The notes beneath the pieces are model-generated. The model ran no database searches, had not been told where the DNA came from, and saw only the letters and a list, made by a program, of their open reading frames with translations. Both the position numbers and the translations under genes were made by a program. DNA of 41,948 nucleotides from an uncultured Solibacteraceae bacterium (GTDB lineage: Bacteria; Acidobacteriota; Vicinamibacteria; Vicinamibacterales; SCN-69-37). The DNA lies in the NCBI GenBank assembly GCA_964548865.1, contig CAZJTG010000004.1, positions 1-41,948 on the forward strand. The letters run 5' to 3'. Shown piece after piece: positions 21,301-33,300 of this stretch (positions are counted from its first letter, which is position 1; each line of letters opens with the position of its first letter).

Positions 21301-24300
21301 CCTACGGCCGCCTGCTGTCGAGCGTGGTCGGCAACGCGGCCGACGCGGGCGCGGGCGCCTCGGGCGTGGCCGGCTCGCAGATCCAGATCAAGCGCACGGC
21401 CGCGACGGACTGCTGGAGCGGCTCGGCGTGGGGCGCGAACTGCGCGACCGAGGCCTCGTGGCTGAACCCCGTGGCGGGCACGCCGTGGACGAAGAACACC
21501 CAGCTGCCGCCGCCGAGCAACCTGCCCACCGGCCTGCAGGACGGCGTCCAGTACGAAATCTCCGCGCGCGCCTTCGACGTGGCCACCAACACCCAGACCG
21601 CCGTCACGGCGAACATCTTCACCTTCGACGTCTCCTCGCCCGCGGTCGCCAACGTCCTGCCGCTGCACGGCGCCCGCTACAACTCGCTGCCCACGATCAG
21701 CGGCACGGCCGCCGACCAGGCGCCGGGCGCGTTCAACGTCCAGTACCCGCGCGTGCGCATCTACGACATCCCGCTCAACCAGTACTGGGTCGACGGCACC
21801 GGCTGGGTGACCTCGGGCTTCCCGGGCTTCCCGGACCTGTGGAACACGGCGATCGACTCGACCTCGGTGGCGGGCACGTTCACGTGGCGCTACGACGCCG
21901 CCGCGACCGGCCTCTCGACGCAGTGGCCCGACCGCGACAACCAGCTGCGCGTCGAGACCCAGGCGCTCGACGCCGCGGGCAACTACACGACCACGTCCTC
22001 GACCTTCAGCTTCGACGCGACGCGCCCCGGCTCGTACGTCCTGTATCCGCCGGTCGACGGCGTCACCTACTCGACGATGGCGGTGATCGGCGGCACCTCG
22101 ACCGACAACACCTCGCCGATCACCGACGTCGGCATCAAGATGTGGTACGTGAGCGGCTCGGCGACGTACTACTGGAGCCCGGCGGTCCCGCACTGGAACC
22201 TCGTCGATCCGGGCTTCGCCTCGATCGGCGGCTCGGCCGGCCCGTCCGCCACGATCAATCCGTGGGCGTACAATTCGGCGCAGGTGCCGGACTTCAACAA
22301 TCCCGGCACGCTGAACTACGCCTGGAAGGAGGGAACGCACGACGGCGGCAACGGCAAGCTCTTCCACATCATCACGCGCGCTCTCGACGGCGCGGGCAAC
22401 GCCCAGACCGTCTTCTCCACGCGCACGTTCCGCTTCGACAACGTGCCGCCGACGTCGGCCCCGGCGGCGCCGCTCGATAATTCCGCCTACCGGACCCTGA
22501 CGACTTTGTCGGGCACCTCGACCGACGACATCGGCACGGTCTCCGCCGTCTCGGTCTCGATCCTCGACCAGGACACGACCCGCTACTTCGACGGCACGAG
22601 CTTCACCTCGGTGCCCGAGGTGTGGCTGCCCGTTCTACCCGCCAATCTCTTCCAGACGTCGTGGACCTTCGTCAACGGTTCGCTCGCCTTCACGACCCAG
22701 CACCACTACCTGGTCAAGTCGTCGGCCACGGACAACGTCGGCAACGTCCAGACGGCGATCGGCTCCTCGCGCTTCCTGTTCGACACCGACCCCGGAAACT
22801 CTGCCGTCGTCAACCCCGTCAACCAGATCACCTACGACGACACCAAGATCCTCATCGGCAGCTCGAGCGATCCCGGCTTCTCGTCGGGCATCAACGGCCA
22901 GGGCGCCGGCGTGGTGCCCACGCTCGGCTGGCATCAGGGCGCGGTCGACGTCGCGGTGTTCCGCGACACCGTGCCGCTGATCGTGGGCGGGCCGATCCTG
23001 TTCGGCGGCTGGGACTCGACGGGCTTCTTCTGGAACGGCTCGACGTGGGTGGCCTCCTCCGGCGGCCCTCTGTGGGTCCCGTCGGCGTTCGTCGACGGCT
23101 TCGGCAACTGGCAGTACGACGGCCTGACCTGCCCGCGGCCGGTGCCGACCGACCCCTGCTGGGTGCGCGGCGACCCCTACGTCGCGTGGGTGCGCACGCG
23201 CGACAACGCGGGCAACGTGCAGGGCGTGATCCAGAACGGCCCGCGCTTCTTCGTGGCCGGCGTCGCGCAGAGCTTCTCGATCGTCGTCTCCTCCGATCCG
23301 GCGACGGTCGGCAACGACGTCACCGTCACGGTCACCGCCCGCGACGGCGCGGGCGGCACGGGCGGCGTCGCCTCCAGCTACGCGGGCACCGTCAAGTTCA
23401 CGATGGTGGACGGCTCGGGCGGGCCCGAGACCGCGGACACCGACGGCGTCTCCGACAACCTGCACGGCCTGCCGCAGAACTACACGTTCACGACGGGCAC
23501 GGGCAACGACAACGGCGTGCACGCGTTCACGATCCGTCTGCGCAAGGCGGGCGCCCGCATCCTGCGCGTGGAGCAGACCGACAACGCGGCCCTGTTCGGC
23601 CTGATCAACCTGACCGCGCTCCGGCAGGCGGGCACGCGCGTGCAGATCATCGCGGACTGCGACCCGCTCGGCCAGCAGTCGGGCCCCGGCGTGGTCACGG
23701 TCGGCTCCGAGGGCCGCGTCGGCGCGCCGCGCACGCGCACCGCGGGCCAGACGGTGAACTTCTGCGCCCAGGTCACGGACGACTTCTACAACCTGGACTC
23801 GAGCTCGGTCACCACGGTCTACGTCACCGACACCGATCCCAACAACGAGTCGCTCAGCGCGGACCAGTACCTGGTGGTGCCGGGCTCGGTCTCCTTCAGC
23901 CGCGTCTTCGTCACCGCGAACCCCGTCGGCCAGGTGGTCCAGTCCACCGGGTCGGGCGTGTTCCCCAACGCCGCGAACCCGGGCTCGCCCGTGCCGGTCG
24001 TCGGCCAGCCCGCCGACCGCCTGGTGGCCCTGCTGCCCAACGAGACGCGCGTGCAGGGCAAGTTCGCGGTCGCGCCCTTCGGCAAGACGCTCGGCGCGCC
24101 GGACGAGGTCCAGGCCGGCTCGACGGTCTCCCTGCGCGTGTACGCGGTCGATCCGTTCTACAACGACGACTCCTCCGTCGCCCTGCCGGTGACCGCGCGC
24201 ATCTGGACCGAGAACTTCACGGGCCCGAAGTCGCAGACCCTGCAGTCGGGCGCGACCACCTTCGTCTTCGCGCCCGTCGTGGCCGGCACCCAGAGCTTCC

Positions 24301-27300
24301 TCGTCCAGTCGGCGTCGCTGCCCTCGGGCACGTCGACCTACATGGCCCCGGCGTCCCTGCGCGTCTGGTGGGGGCCGCCGGCCAAACTGCAGATGATCGT
24401 CGAGGGGCAGGCGTCGGCGCCCGGCAAGCCGCCCTACGACGCGGACCCGACCACCGGCGGTCGCGTCGCCCCCGGCGCCGCGCTCCTGACCGCGGGCGTG
24501 ACCACGACGATCACGGTGAACCTGGTCGACAACTGGTTCAACGTCGTCCAGGCGACGACGCCCTTCATGACGCAGACGGCCAGCGTCACGATGCCGCTGG
24601 TCCAGCTCGACTTCCTGAACGACCCGAACATCCAGGGCCGAGGCCTCGCGCCCAATCCCTTCCAGCGCACCCTCAACTTCGGCACGACGTCGTTCTCGTT
24701 CATCCCCGTCACGCGCTCCGCGGGCATCTCGCTGCGCGCGATCGACACGAACCTGACCGGCACCTACTACAGCACGGACACGGTCTCCGCCAACCAGGTC
24801 CAGGCCAACACGCCCGTCTCGCTGCTCGTGCAGATGCCGGGCGAGACCTACGCCGAGGGCACGGTGCTCGGCAAGACCGGCACGCCCTCGACCTTGACGG
24901 CGGGCGTCAGCTACGGCGTGTCCCTGCGCGCCGCGGACCTCTACAACAACCGCGCCAACGACGGACGCCAGGTCCTGCTCTCCTCGAACGATCCCTACGC
25001 CAGCATCCCGCCGCCTCAGTCGCTGGCGCTCGGCCAGACCGTGTTCGCCGGCTTCCTGCCCAGCGCCGCCACCGGCAATCTCGTCGTCTCCGGCGTCGAC
25101 AACGACGTCATCGTGCCCGCGCTGACCGGCCAGAACATCGGCGCCATCACGGTGATCCCGAACTCCCCGGACCGCATGATCGTGCTGCTGCCGGGACAGA
25201 CGCTCGTGCCCGGCAAGACCGTGGCTCCGTTCGGCGTGACCGGAACGCCCACGCAGTCGACGGCGGGCGTGGTCTTCACGGCGACCGCCTACGCCGCCGA
25301 CGCGCGCTACAACGTCGTCAGCACCGTCACCAAGCCGACGATCAACTTCACGTCCGACGATCCGTTCGCCGGAACGGTCGGCGCGTTCGGCATGGGTTCG
25401 GGCGCGGCGACCGCCAACCCCGTGGTCCTGCGCACCGCGGGCGCCCGCACGCTGACGGCGACGGACGGCGGCGCGGGTTCTCCGCTTCCGACGCCCGGCG
25501 TGTCGGGTTCCTTCACGCTGCTGCCGAACAACCCCACGCGCCTGCGCGTGATGACGCCGTCGGAGTCGCGCGTCCCGGGTTCGACGACGAACGGCCGCAC
25601 GGGAGCGGCGCACACGGTGCAGGCGGGCTTCGCCTTCGACGCGACGGTCGACATCGCCGACGCGTTCTGGAACCTGACGCCCGGCGTGACCCAGCAGATC
25701 CGCCTCGTCGCGGACGATCCGTTCGCGGTGATCGTCCCGACGACCCAGGTCATCACCACCTCGGCGACCTACAACGTGACGCTCAAGCGCGCCGGCTCGA
25801 CCATCCTGCGCGCGGAGATGGTGGACACGCTGTCGCTGCCCTCCGTCTCGCAGGACAGCTCGACCGTGATCACCGTCCTGCCCGGCACGCCCTCCCGCCT
25901 GCTCGCGGTGCTGCCCGGCGAGACCTTCAGCCAGGGCTCTCCGACCGGCAAGGGGGGAACCCCGTCTGCGCAGGGCGCGGGCGCCGGCTTCACCGTGCAG
26001 GTCGGCGTCGTGGACAACTTCTTCAATCTCGTGACCGGCCGCGCCGCCGACGTGCAGATCTCGGTGCCGAGCGATCCGTACGCGGACCCCGTCTCCACCG
26101 CCGCGATCAACACCGGCGTCGGCTACACCGCTCCGATGACGCTGACGCTGCGCCGGGCGGCGACCGGGCACTTCCTGGCGGCCTCGGACTTCGGCGCGTC
26201 GGGCCTCTCCAGCGACCCGCAGTCCTCGACCTTCACGGTCCAGCCCGCCGCTCCGTACGGCCTGCAGCTGCTGCTGCCCGGCCAGGCCGCGGTGCCGGGT
26301 TCCGGCAGCTATCCGAACGGCGGCGTCACCGGCTCGATCTCGACGCCGACGGCCGGCGCGGCGTTCAACGCCACCGTGAACCTCGTCGACCGCTACATGA
26401 ACCTTTCGCCCGCGGGCGCGCGTCCGCTCGTGTACACGAACACGAGCGACGTCTACGACGTCGACCCCGCGACCGCCGCTCTGATCTCCGGGACTTTGCC
26501 CGTGCCGATCACCTTGGTCACCAAGGCGACGGGCACCGTCATCCGCGTCAACCCGCAGAACACCCCGCTCGACGAGGTCTGCACGGCCAACGCGCCGACG
26601 AACGTCTGTCTCGCTCAGGCGCCGGCGGCGGTCTCCGCTCCGTTCCGGGTGTTCGCCTCGACGGCGTACGCGTTGATGGTGACTTTGCCCGGCGAGACCC
26701 AGAAGCCCGGCAAGTGCGACTACCTGCCCAGCGTGGTCTGCCGCCTGCTGGGCGGCGGCGAGGGGCTGCCCGGCAAAGACGGCGTGCCGACGCCCTACGT
26801 CGTGACCTCTCCGGCGACCAACGCCGACGTCTGGCTCGTCGACCAGTTCTACAATCCGGTCAGCGACATCCCGGTCGGCCCGAACCAGGACACCAATCCT
26901 CCGGCCGTGATGCCCACGGTCAGCCTCAGCTTCCCGTTCGGCGGCGCGACCGGCTCGCCCGCCTCGGCCGCGCTGATCCTCGGAAACCGCCAGTTCAACT
27001 TCACGCCGCTGGTCGCGGCGACCGGCTACCTCGTGGTCGCCTCGACGACCGCCGTGTCGGCTTCGACTTGGACGCCGGCGACCTCCGCCGCCTACCCCGT
27101 CTACCCCGGTCCGTCCCACCACCTGCACTGGAGCGGCCTGCCGGGCACGGTGACGGCCGGCGTCTCGTTCGGCGCCGTGCTGACCGCCCACGACGAGTTC
27201 CACAACGTCCTCTCGACCGGCCCGAACGCCTACAACAAGAACGTGACGTTCACGGCGGAGAATTTCCCGGGCGTTCAGGCGCCCAGCTTCCTGCCGACGA

Positions 27301-30300
27301 ACAACGTGACCTTCTCATCGGCGGCCGATCAGGGCGTGCGCAGCCTGGTCAGCTTCGCGCAGCTCAAGCGCGCGGGCGTGCGCTCGTTGACGGCGCAGGA
27401 GACGCCGGATCTGACCCTGACGATCAACACCGACCGCGCGCCGTACACGACGCCGGGCTCGGTCACCGTCGTTCCGGCGGCTCCCGACTCGATGAAGGCC
27501 TCGCCGGCCGGCGACACCCTCGTTTCGGCCGGTCAGATCAGCAATCCCGGCAACATCCAGATCAGCGGCCAGCTCACCGACGCGTTCGACAACCCGATCA
27601 CGGCCGGCGCCTCCGTCTACATCCAGATCGTGGACGTGTTCGGCTCGACCGGCTCCCTGGCGATCGGTTCGGGCGTGGACCAGGTCAACGTCGGCGTCTC
27701 GACCGTGGTGCTCACCGACGCCCAGGGACGCATCGGCGTGAGCACCGCGGTGTATTACTTCGTGTCCACGACCGCCAACGACTACGCCCGCATCTGGGTC
27801 GGCACCACGACGGCCCCGTCGAACCTGGCGCTTTACATCACGCAGCAGAAGAATCTGACCGGCAAGCTGACCACGACCGGCGGTCTCGCGAGCGCGCTCG
27901 TGTTCCGCTCGACGCCCACGGCCGCGACGGTCGGCATCAACGACGTGGCCGGCGCCGGCGGCCAGTACGCGCTCGAGCGCCTCGACGACTTCGGCAACGT
28001 CACGCGCCAGGGAGACAACACGATCCTGTTCAACGTCTTCGGGCCCCACAAGACGATCCACGCCGCGGCCGGAAGGGCCTTCAGCCAGTCGGGCACCACC
28101 GGCGACTTCGGCTTCCGCGACGACGCCAACACGGCCTTCATCCCGGGCATCACGATCTTCGACGGCTTCACCGGCCTGGAGACGCCGTTCCGCTTCCACA
28201 GCCGGATGAGCTCCTACTCCGGCGCCTCGCCGGCGGCCAACACCGCCGAGAACAACCGCCCGGGCCTGTGGACCCTCGAGGTCTATCTCGCCAGCCCCAC
28301 GGTCGCGCTCACGCACAACCTGCGCATGGATCCCGACGTGGCCCGCACGGTGGGCTTCGCCAATCCGCCGCGCACCGAGGTCGCCGGCCGCGTCGTCGAC
28401 TTCACCGCGACCTTGGCCAAGTTCACGCCGCAGCTGCAGGACCTGTTCGCCAACCCCGTCGTCGCCACGCAGGCCGTCGTCGTCAACCTGAGCACGGTCA
28501 CCCGCCTCGGCTCGCGCCTGAACGACTACGTCGCGTTCTCGCGCTCGAGCGACTCCGTCGCGGGCACGCGCACCAGCGCGCCGTTCTTCCTGGCCTCGAC
28601 CACGACCGTCGACATCCCGCTCGGCCAGTACCAGGCGACGTTCTACTACCTGGACACGGCCGCGACCACCAACTACTCGATGGTCGGCGGCACGAAGCCC
28701 GTGCTGCAGCTCTCGGCGGCGGGCTTGTTCTCGAGCCAGCAGGGCGTCTTCATCATGCCCGACGTCATCGACCGCGTCGCGGTCTCGACCGGAGCGGGCC
28801 AGTCCTTGCTCGCCGGCGCGACCTCGCAGCTCTTCTCCTACGAGACGCGCGACTTCTACGGCAACGCCTCCCCGGTCCGCCCCGGCCAGGACTTCGGCCT
28901 CGGCTACGTGCAGCTGCAGATCGGCTCGAACTCCTCCGGCCAGGTCCAGGTGTCCACCGGCGGCGTCGGCGCGTTCGTGCCGAACACCGCCGTCACCTAC
29001 CTCCCTCTCAACCAGGCCTCGTCCACCTTCTACCTGATCGACACGCTGCTGACGACCGGGGGGGCCTCGTCTCACACGATCAGCGTCGCCGGCGTCACCT
29101 ACCCGACGTGGGACGTCGCCTACGCGACCTACGGCGTGAACCCTGGCCCGCCCTCTCAGATCGGCTGGGCGACGCCGCCCCGCCGCCTCATCGCCGGCAC
29201 CACGCTCCAATACGAGCTCGGCGTGCCCACGATGACGGTCATCGCCGCCCAGCTGCTCGACCAGTTCGGCAACGTGACCTCGACCTCGTCGCCGTTCGTC
29301 ATCCGCTACAACACCGTGTTGACGCAGGACCTCTTCGGCGGCATCGACTCCAACCAGGTCATCGTCGCGACCGCCCCGTCGGCGTTCTGGACGCCCCTGT
29401 TCGGCAATCAGCTCGACGTCATCATCCCGGGCGGCGCGGGCTTGTCGCAGGCCCCGTTCTACATGTTCGGCCGCCTCGCCGGCGGCGCGACGATCCAGGC
29501 CCAGGCGCAGTTCGCCGGCTCGCCGATCTTCTCGCCGATCAGCCAGGTCCACCAGATCACGCCCGGCCGGGCGACGTATCTGACCGTCAATCACCCGTAC
29601 ACGAACGCGAATCCGCTGCGCGTCGGCGTGCCCGGCACGCTCACCGTCAACGCCCGCGACCTCTTCGGCAACGTGGCCTCCGGCGACGCGGTCAACGGCA
29701 ACGGCTACACCGGCACGATCAACTTCGGCTCGAGCGGCTCGACGGCGACGGTGACCTTGCTCGACCTGACCAACTCCGCGACGTTCCACACCTTCACTCC
29801 CGGCGAGGCGGGCGTCTTCTCGAACCTGCTCGTCCAGGACAACATCATCGAGTCGCTGAAGGTGTCGGCGACGGACTACTACGACTCGGCGGTCTTCGGG
29901 TTCACCAGCGACGGCGCGCGCGTCGGCTTGCCCGCGAATCCGGCCTTGCGCTCCGACGCCGACGTCGTGCTCGCCGGCGTGCTCGTCACGCCGACCGACA
30001 TGGCGCCCGAGTCCAACCCGCCGCCGAACGGGCCGGTGCCGGTCGCCAAGCAGGTCTTCAACGTGAAGCCGACCTTGAACCAGGGCGACGGCAACGTGCC
30101 GAGCTCGCCGGATCCGATCGCCATGCTGCGCCTGGACATGCGCGTGTTCCCGTCCGGCCAGCCGCTGATCGCCGAGCTCCAGAGCATGCGCGTGCAGAGC
30201 CGCGCCGAGGGCAACTTCAACAACACGAAGATCACCGAGGTCGCCCTGTGGCTCGACGATCCGGGCGCCCAGAACGGCCAGTTCGATCCGCTCACCGACA

Positions 30301-33300
30301 TGTTCGTGGCGACGGGCGCCTACAACGGGGCGGGCGCGTGGTTCTTCGGCTCGCCGCTGTTCAGCCAGACCGCGCTCAACGCGCTGCCGGCGCCGGTGCT
30401 CGGCAACATGACGATCAACAGCTCGCAGAGCAAGTTCATGTTCGTGACGGTGCGCGTCTCGTCCTACGGCTACACGCTCGGCGAGCTGCCGGCCAGCTTC
30501 GGCCTCGAGATCCCGACCCCGAACAACATCACGCTCGATCCCGCGTCGCAGGTCGGCATCGCCGCCAACAACTTCCCGATCAAGACGTCCACGTCGTCGG
30601 TCGAGCGCGAGGCGTCCGAGATCCAGGTGCTGACCTCCACCTCGACCGACTACGACATCAACGCCTGGTGGCAGCCGCCGTCGCTGACGCTGTCTTCGTA
30701 CACGTACGTGAACCAGGGCGCGGTGAACGTCGGCGCGATGAAGCTGCAGATGTGGACCAACGAGTTCAACGCGGTGATCTCCAAGATCTCCATCGGCAAG
30801 AGCGGCACCGGCCTCGACACGGCCATCCGCAAGGTCAAGCTCTACCTGGACACCCAGTCCGACCAGGTCACCACGCCCGGCGACGGCATCTTCAACTTCA
30901 CGATCGACCGCCTGGTCGCGGAGACCACCTTCCCGCCGGGCGAGACCCACCTGGCGGCCATCAACATCTCGAGCCCGACCGGCATCAACGGCACGATCGG
31001 CACGTCGACGAAGACGTACTACATCGTGTACGACTACGAGGCCTCGGCCGAGCCCGGCCAGACGCACGGCGTGATCCTGACCGGCGCGAACATCGTGCCG
31101 CTGGCGGGCAACGGCTCGCCGCCCGCGTTCACCGTCATCGCGTCGAGCCCGGTCGTCGTCCAGGCCACCCCGGACCAGGTCAACCTGACCGACTGGAACC
31201 GCCAGGGCTCGAGCGCGACCGTCCCGACCGACGCGATCCCGTCCGTGCTGACGCAGAACGACGTGAACAAGCCCGTCGCCAAGATGACCCTGCGCGTGAA
31301 CTCGGGCGCGGCGGACTGGTCGGGCCTCAAGCTCGACCGCTGGCTGCCCTCGATCGTCATCGACGGCTCGTCCTACAACCCGCTGCTGGCCCTCAACAAC
31401 AAGGCCTCGGACGTCACCAACGTGAAGGTCTGGCTGGACCAGAACGGCAACGGCCTGCTCGACGTCTCGACCGACTCGCAGGTCAGCCCGCTCAATTCCG
31501 TCATCCACCGCTTCGCCGCCGCGCCGTTGTCGGCCGCGCTCTACTCCACGGGGCCGGCGGTCGGCGCGACGATCGAGGTGGCGAACATCGGCAGCATGTT
31601 CCCGTCCGACAACCCGTTCCCGAACGACCAGGAGAGCCGGCTCGTGCTCAACGACGGGCAGACCAACGAGCTGCTCAAGGAGATCGTCTACTGTCACGGC
31701 CTCGACCTGGGCAACAACCGGTACACGAACTGCGAGCGCGGCATGGAGGGCACGGCGATGCTCGACTTCTCGAGCGGGACCCTGGTCTCCGGCCCCGTGC
31801 GCATCCCGATCCTGAGCCTCGTCGGAGGCAGCGGCCAGACCATCGACACGACGAAGAAGGACTACTTCGTGACCTTCGACGTCGCCCCGTTGGCCACCGT
31901 CTCGCCTCAGGCGAACCTCGGCATCGGCATCCCGACCACGAGCTACTTCAAGATCACCGCGCCCAAGACGATGTCCACGTTCAACGTCGGCTTCCAGCCG
32001 CCGGGCCGCTCGATCTCCTTCATCCCGGGCACCGCCGAGTATCCGGACAAGATCCGGGTCGTCCCGATCGACTCGCAGGACGGCCCGCTGGGCCCGTTCC
32101 TGCAGCAGCGCAGCACCGTCGCCGTCGCGGTGATCAACTCGATCACCGCCGACGTGGCCGACGCGTCCTGGCGCTGGATCCTGGTCCAGGCGACCGGCAC
32201 GGCCACCGACAACACGACGACCTTCGCGGGCGACGTCGAGGAGACCCAGCTCTGGTTCGACGCCAACAACGACGGCTTGTTCAACACGGCCAACGACGTC
32301 ATGGTCGGGTCCGGGACCTTCGGCAACTACCTGGGCCTGCCGCTCGTCTCGCAGATCAGCCTCTACCCGCCCCGCACGATCGTGACGACCGCGCTGCAGA
32401 CCCAGCCGCAGCGCTACTTCGTCGCGCTGCGCATGTCGGCCAACGCGCGCCCGACCGACGCGACCTTCCAGCCGCGCACGCTCGGCGTGCAGATCCTGCC
32501 GACGGCCCTGCCGACCAACGCGCCGGTGACCGACAACCCGTTCCTCAACGCGCTGGCCCTGCCGAACGTCTACGACCCGAGCTCGCCGCTGCCGTACTCC
32601 GGCAAGGTCCGCGCGATCATCGCCTCGCCCCAGGTCATGTCCGTGCGCGCCACGCCCTTCTTCAGCACCTCGAGCGGCACGTTCGCGGCGCCCACGATCG
32701 AGGGCGCGGCGATCCCGATCCAGCCCGCGGGCGCCATCGACCCCGTCTGGACCGTGAGCTCGACGGCCGGCCTGCCCTCGCCCGCGCCCGGCGCGACCGC
32801 CTACATGCTCGTGGAGAACGAGATCATCGGCTACACCGGGTTCTCGCTGTCGCCGGTCTCCGGCATCACCGGCGTCATCCGCGGCTACCTGAACACCACG
32901 CCCGCGGCGCACTCGACCGGGACCTATCTGGCGCCCCAGATCCAGCAGGGCGACATCAACCTGGCCGGCATGAGGCTCGAGCTGACCTCCGGCGGCTTCG
33001 AGGTCCAGCTCTCGTCCATCACCTTCAACCGTCCGACGATCCTCGGCATCTCCGGCGACGACGCCGACCTGTCCGCCCTGAAGGTGTATAAGACCGTCGA
33101 CGGGGTCTACCACCGCGATCCGGCCACCGGCATCAACGTGGCCGACATCCTGCTCGGCCAGTCCTTCTTCGGGGCGCAGTCGGTCAGCGGCCGCACGACG
33201 ATCCCGATCAACGACCCTCAGATCGGCTCGCCCGGCTACGCCCTGATCACCTCCACGCCGAGCGTGTTCTACGTCGCCATGGACGTCTCCGTCTCGGCCA

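Noticed and set aside
3171-22367. A 6,398-aa ORF on the - strand, antisense to the giant gene.
   Set aside because: Its translation is Arg/Gly/Ala/Asp/Val-rich with no motifs, signal peptide or periodicity. The sense gene has G/C at nearly every third position. The codon-aligned antisense frame therefore almost never starts a codon with T, so TAA, TAG and TGA cannot arise. It is a stop-poor shadow frame, not a gene.
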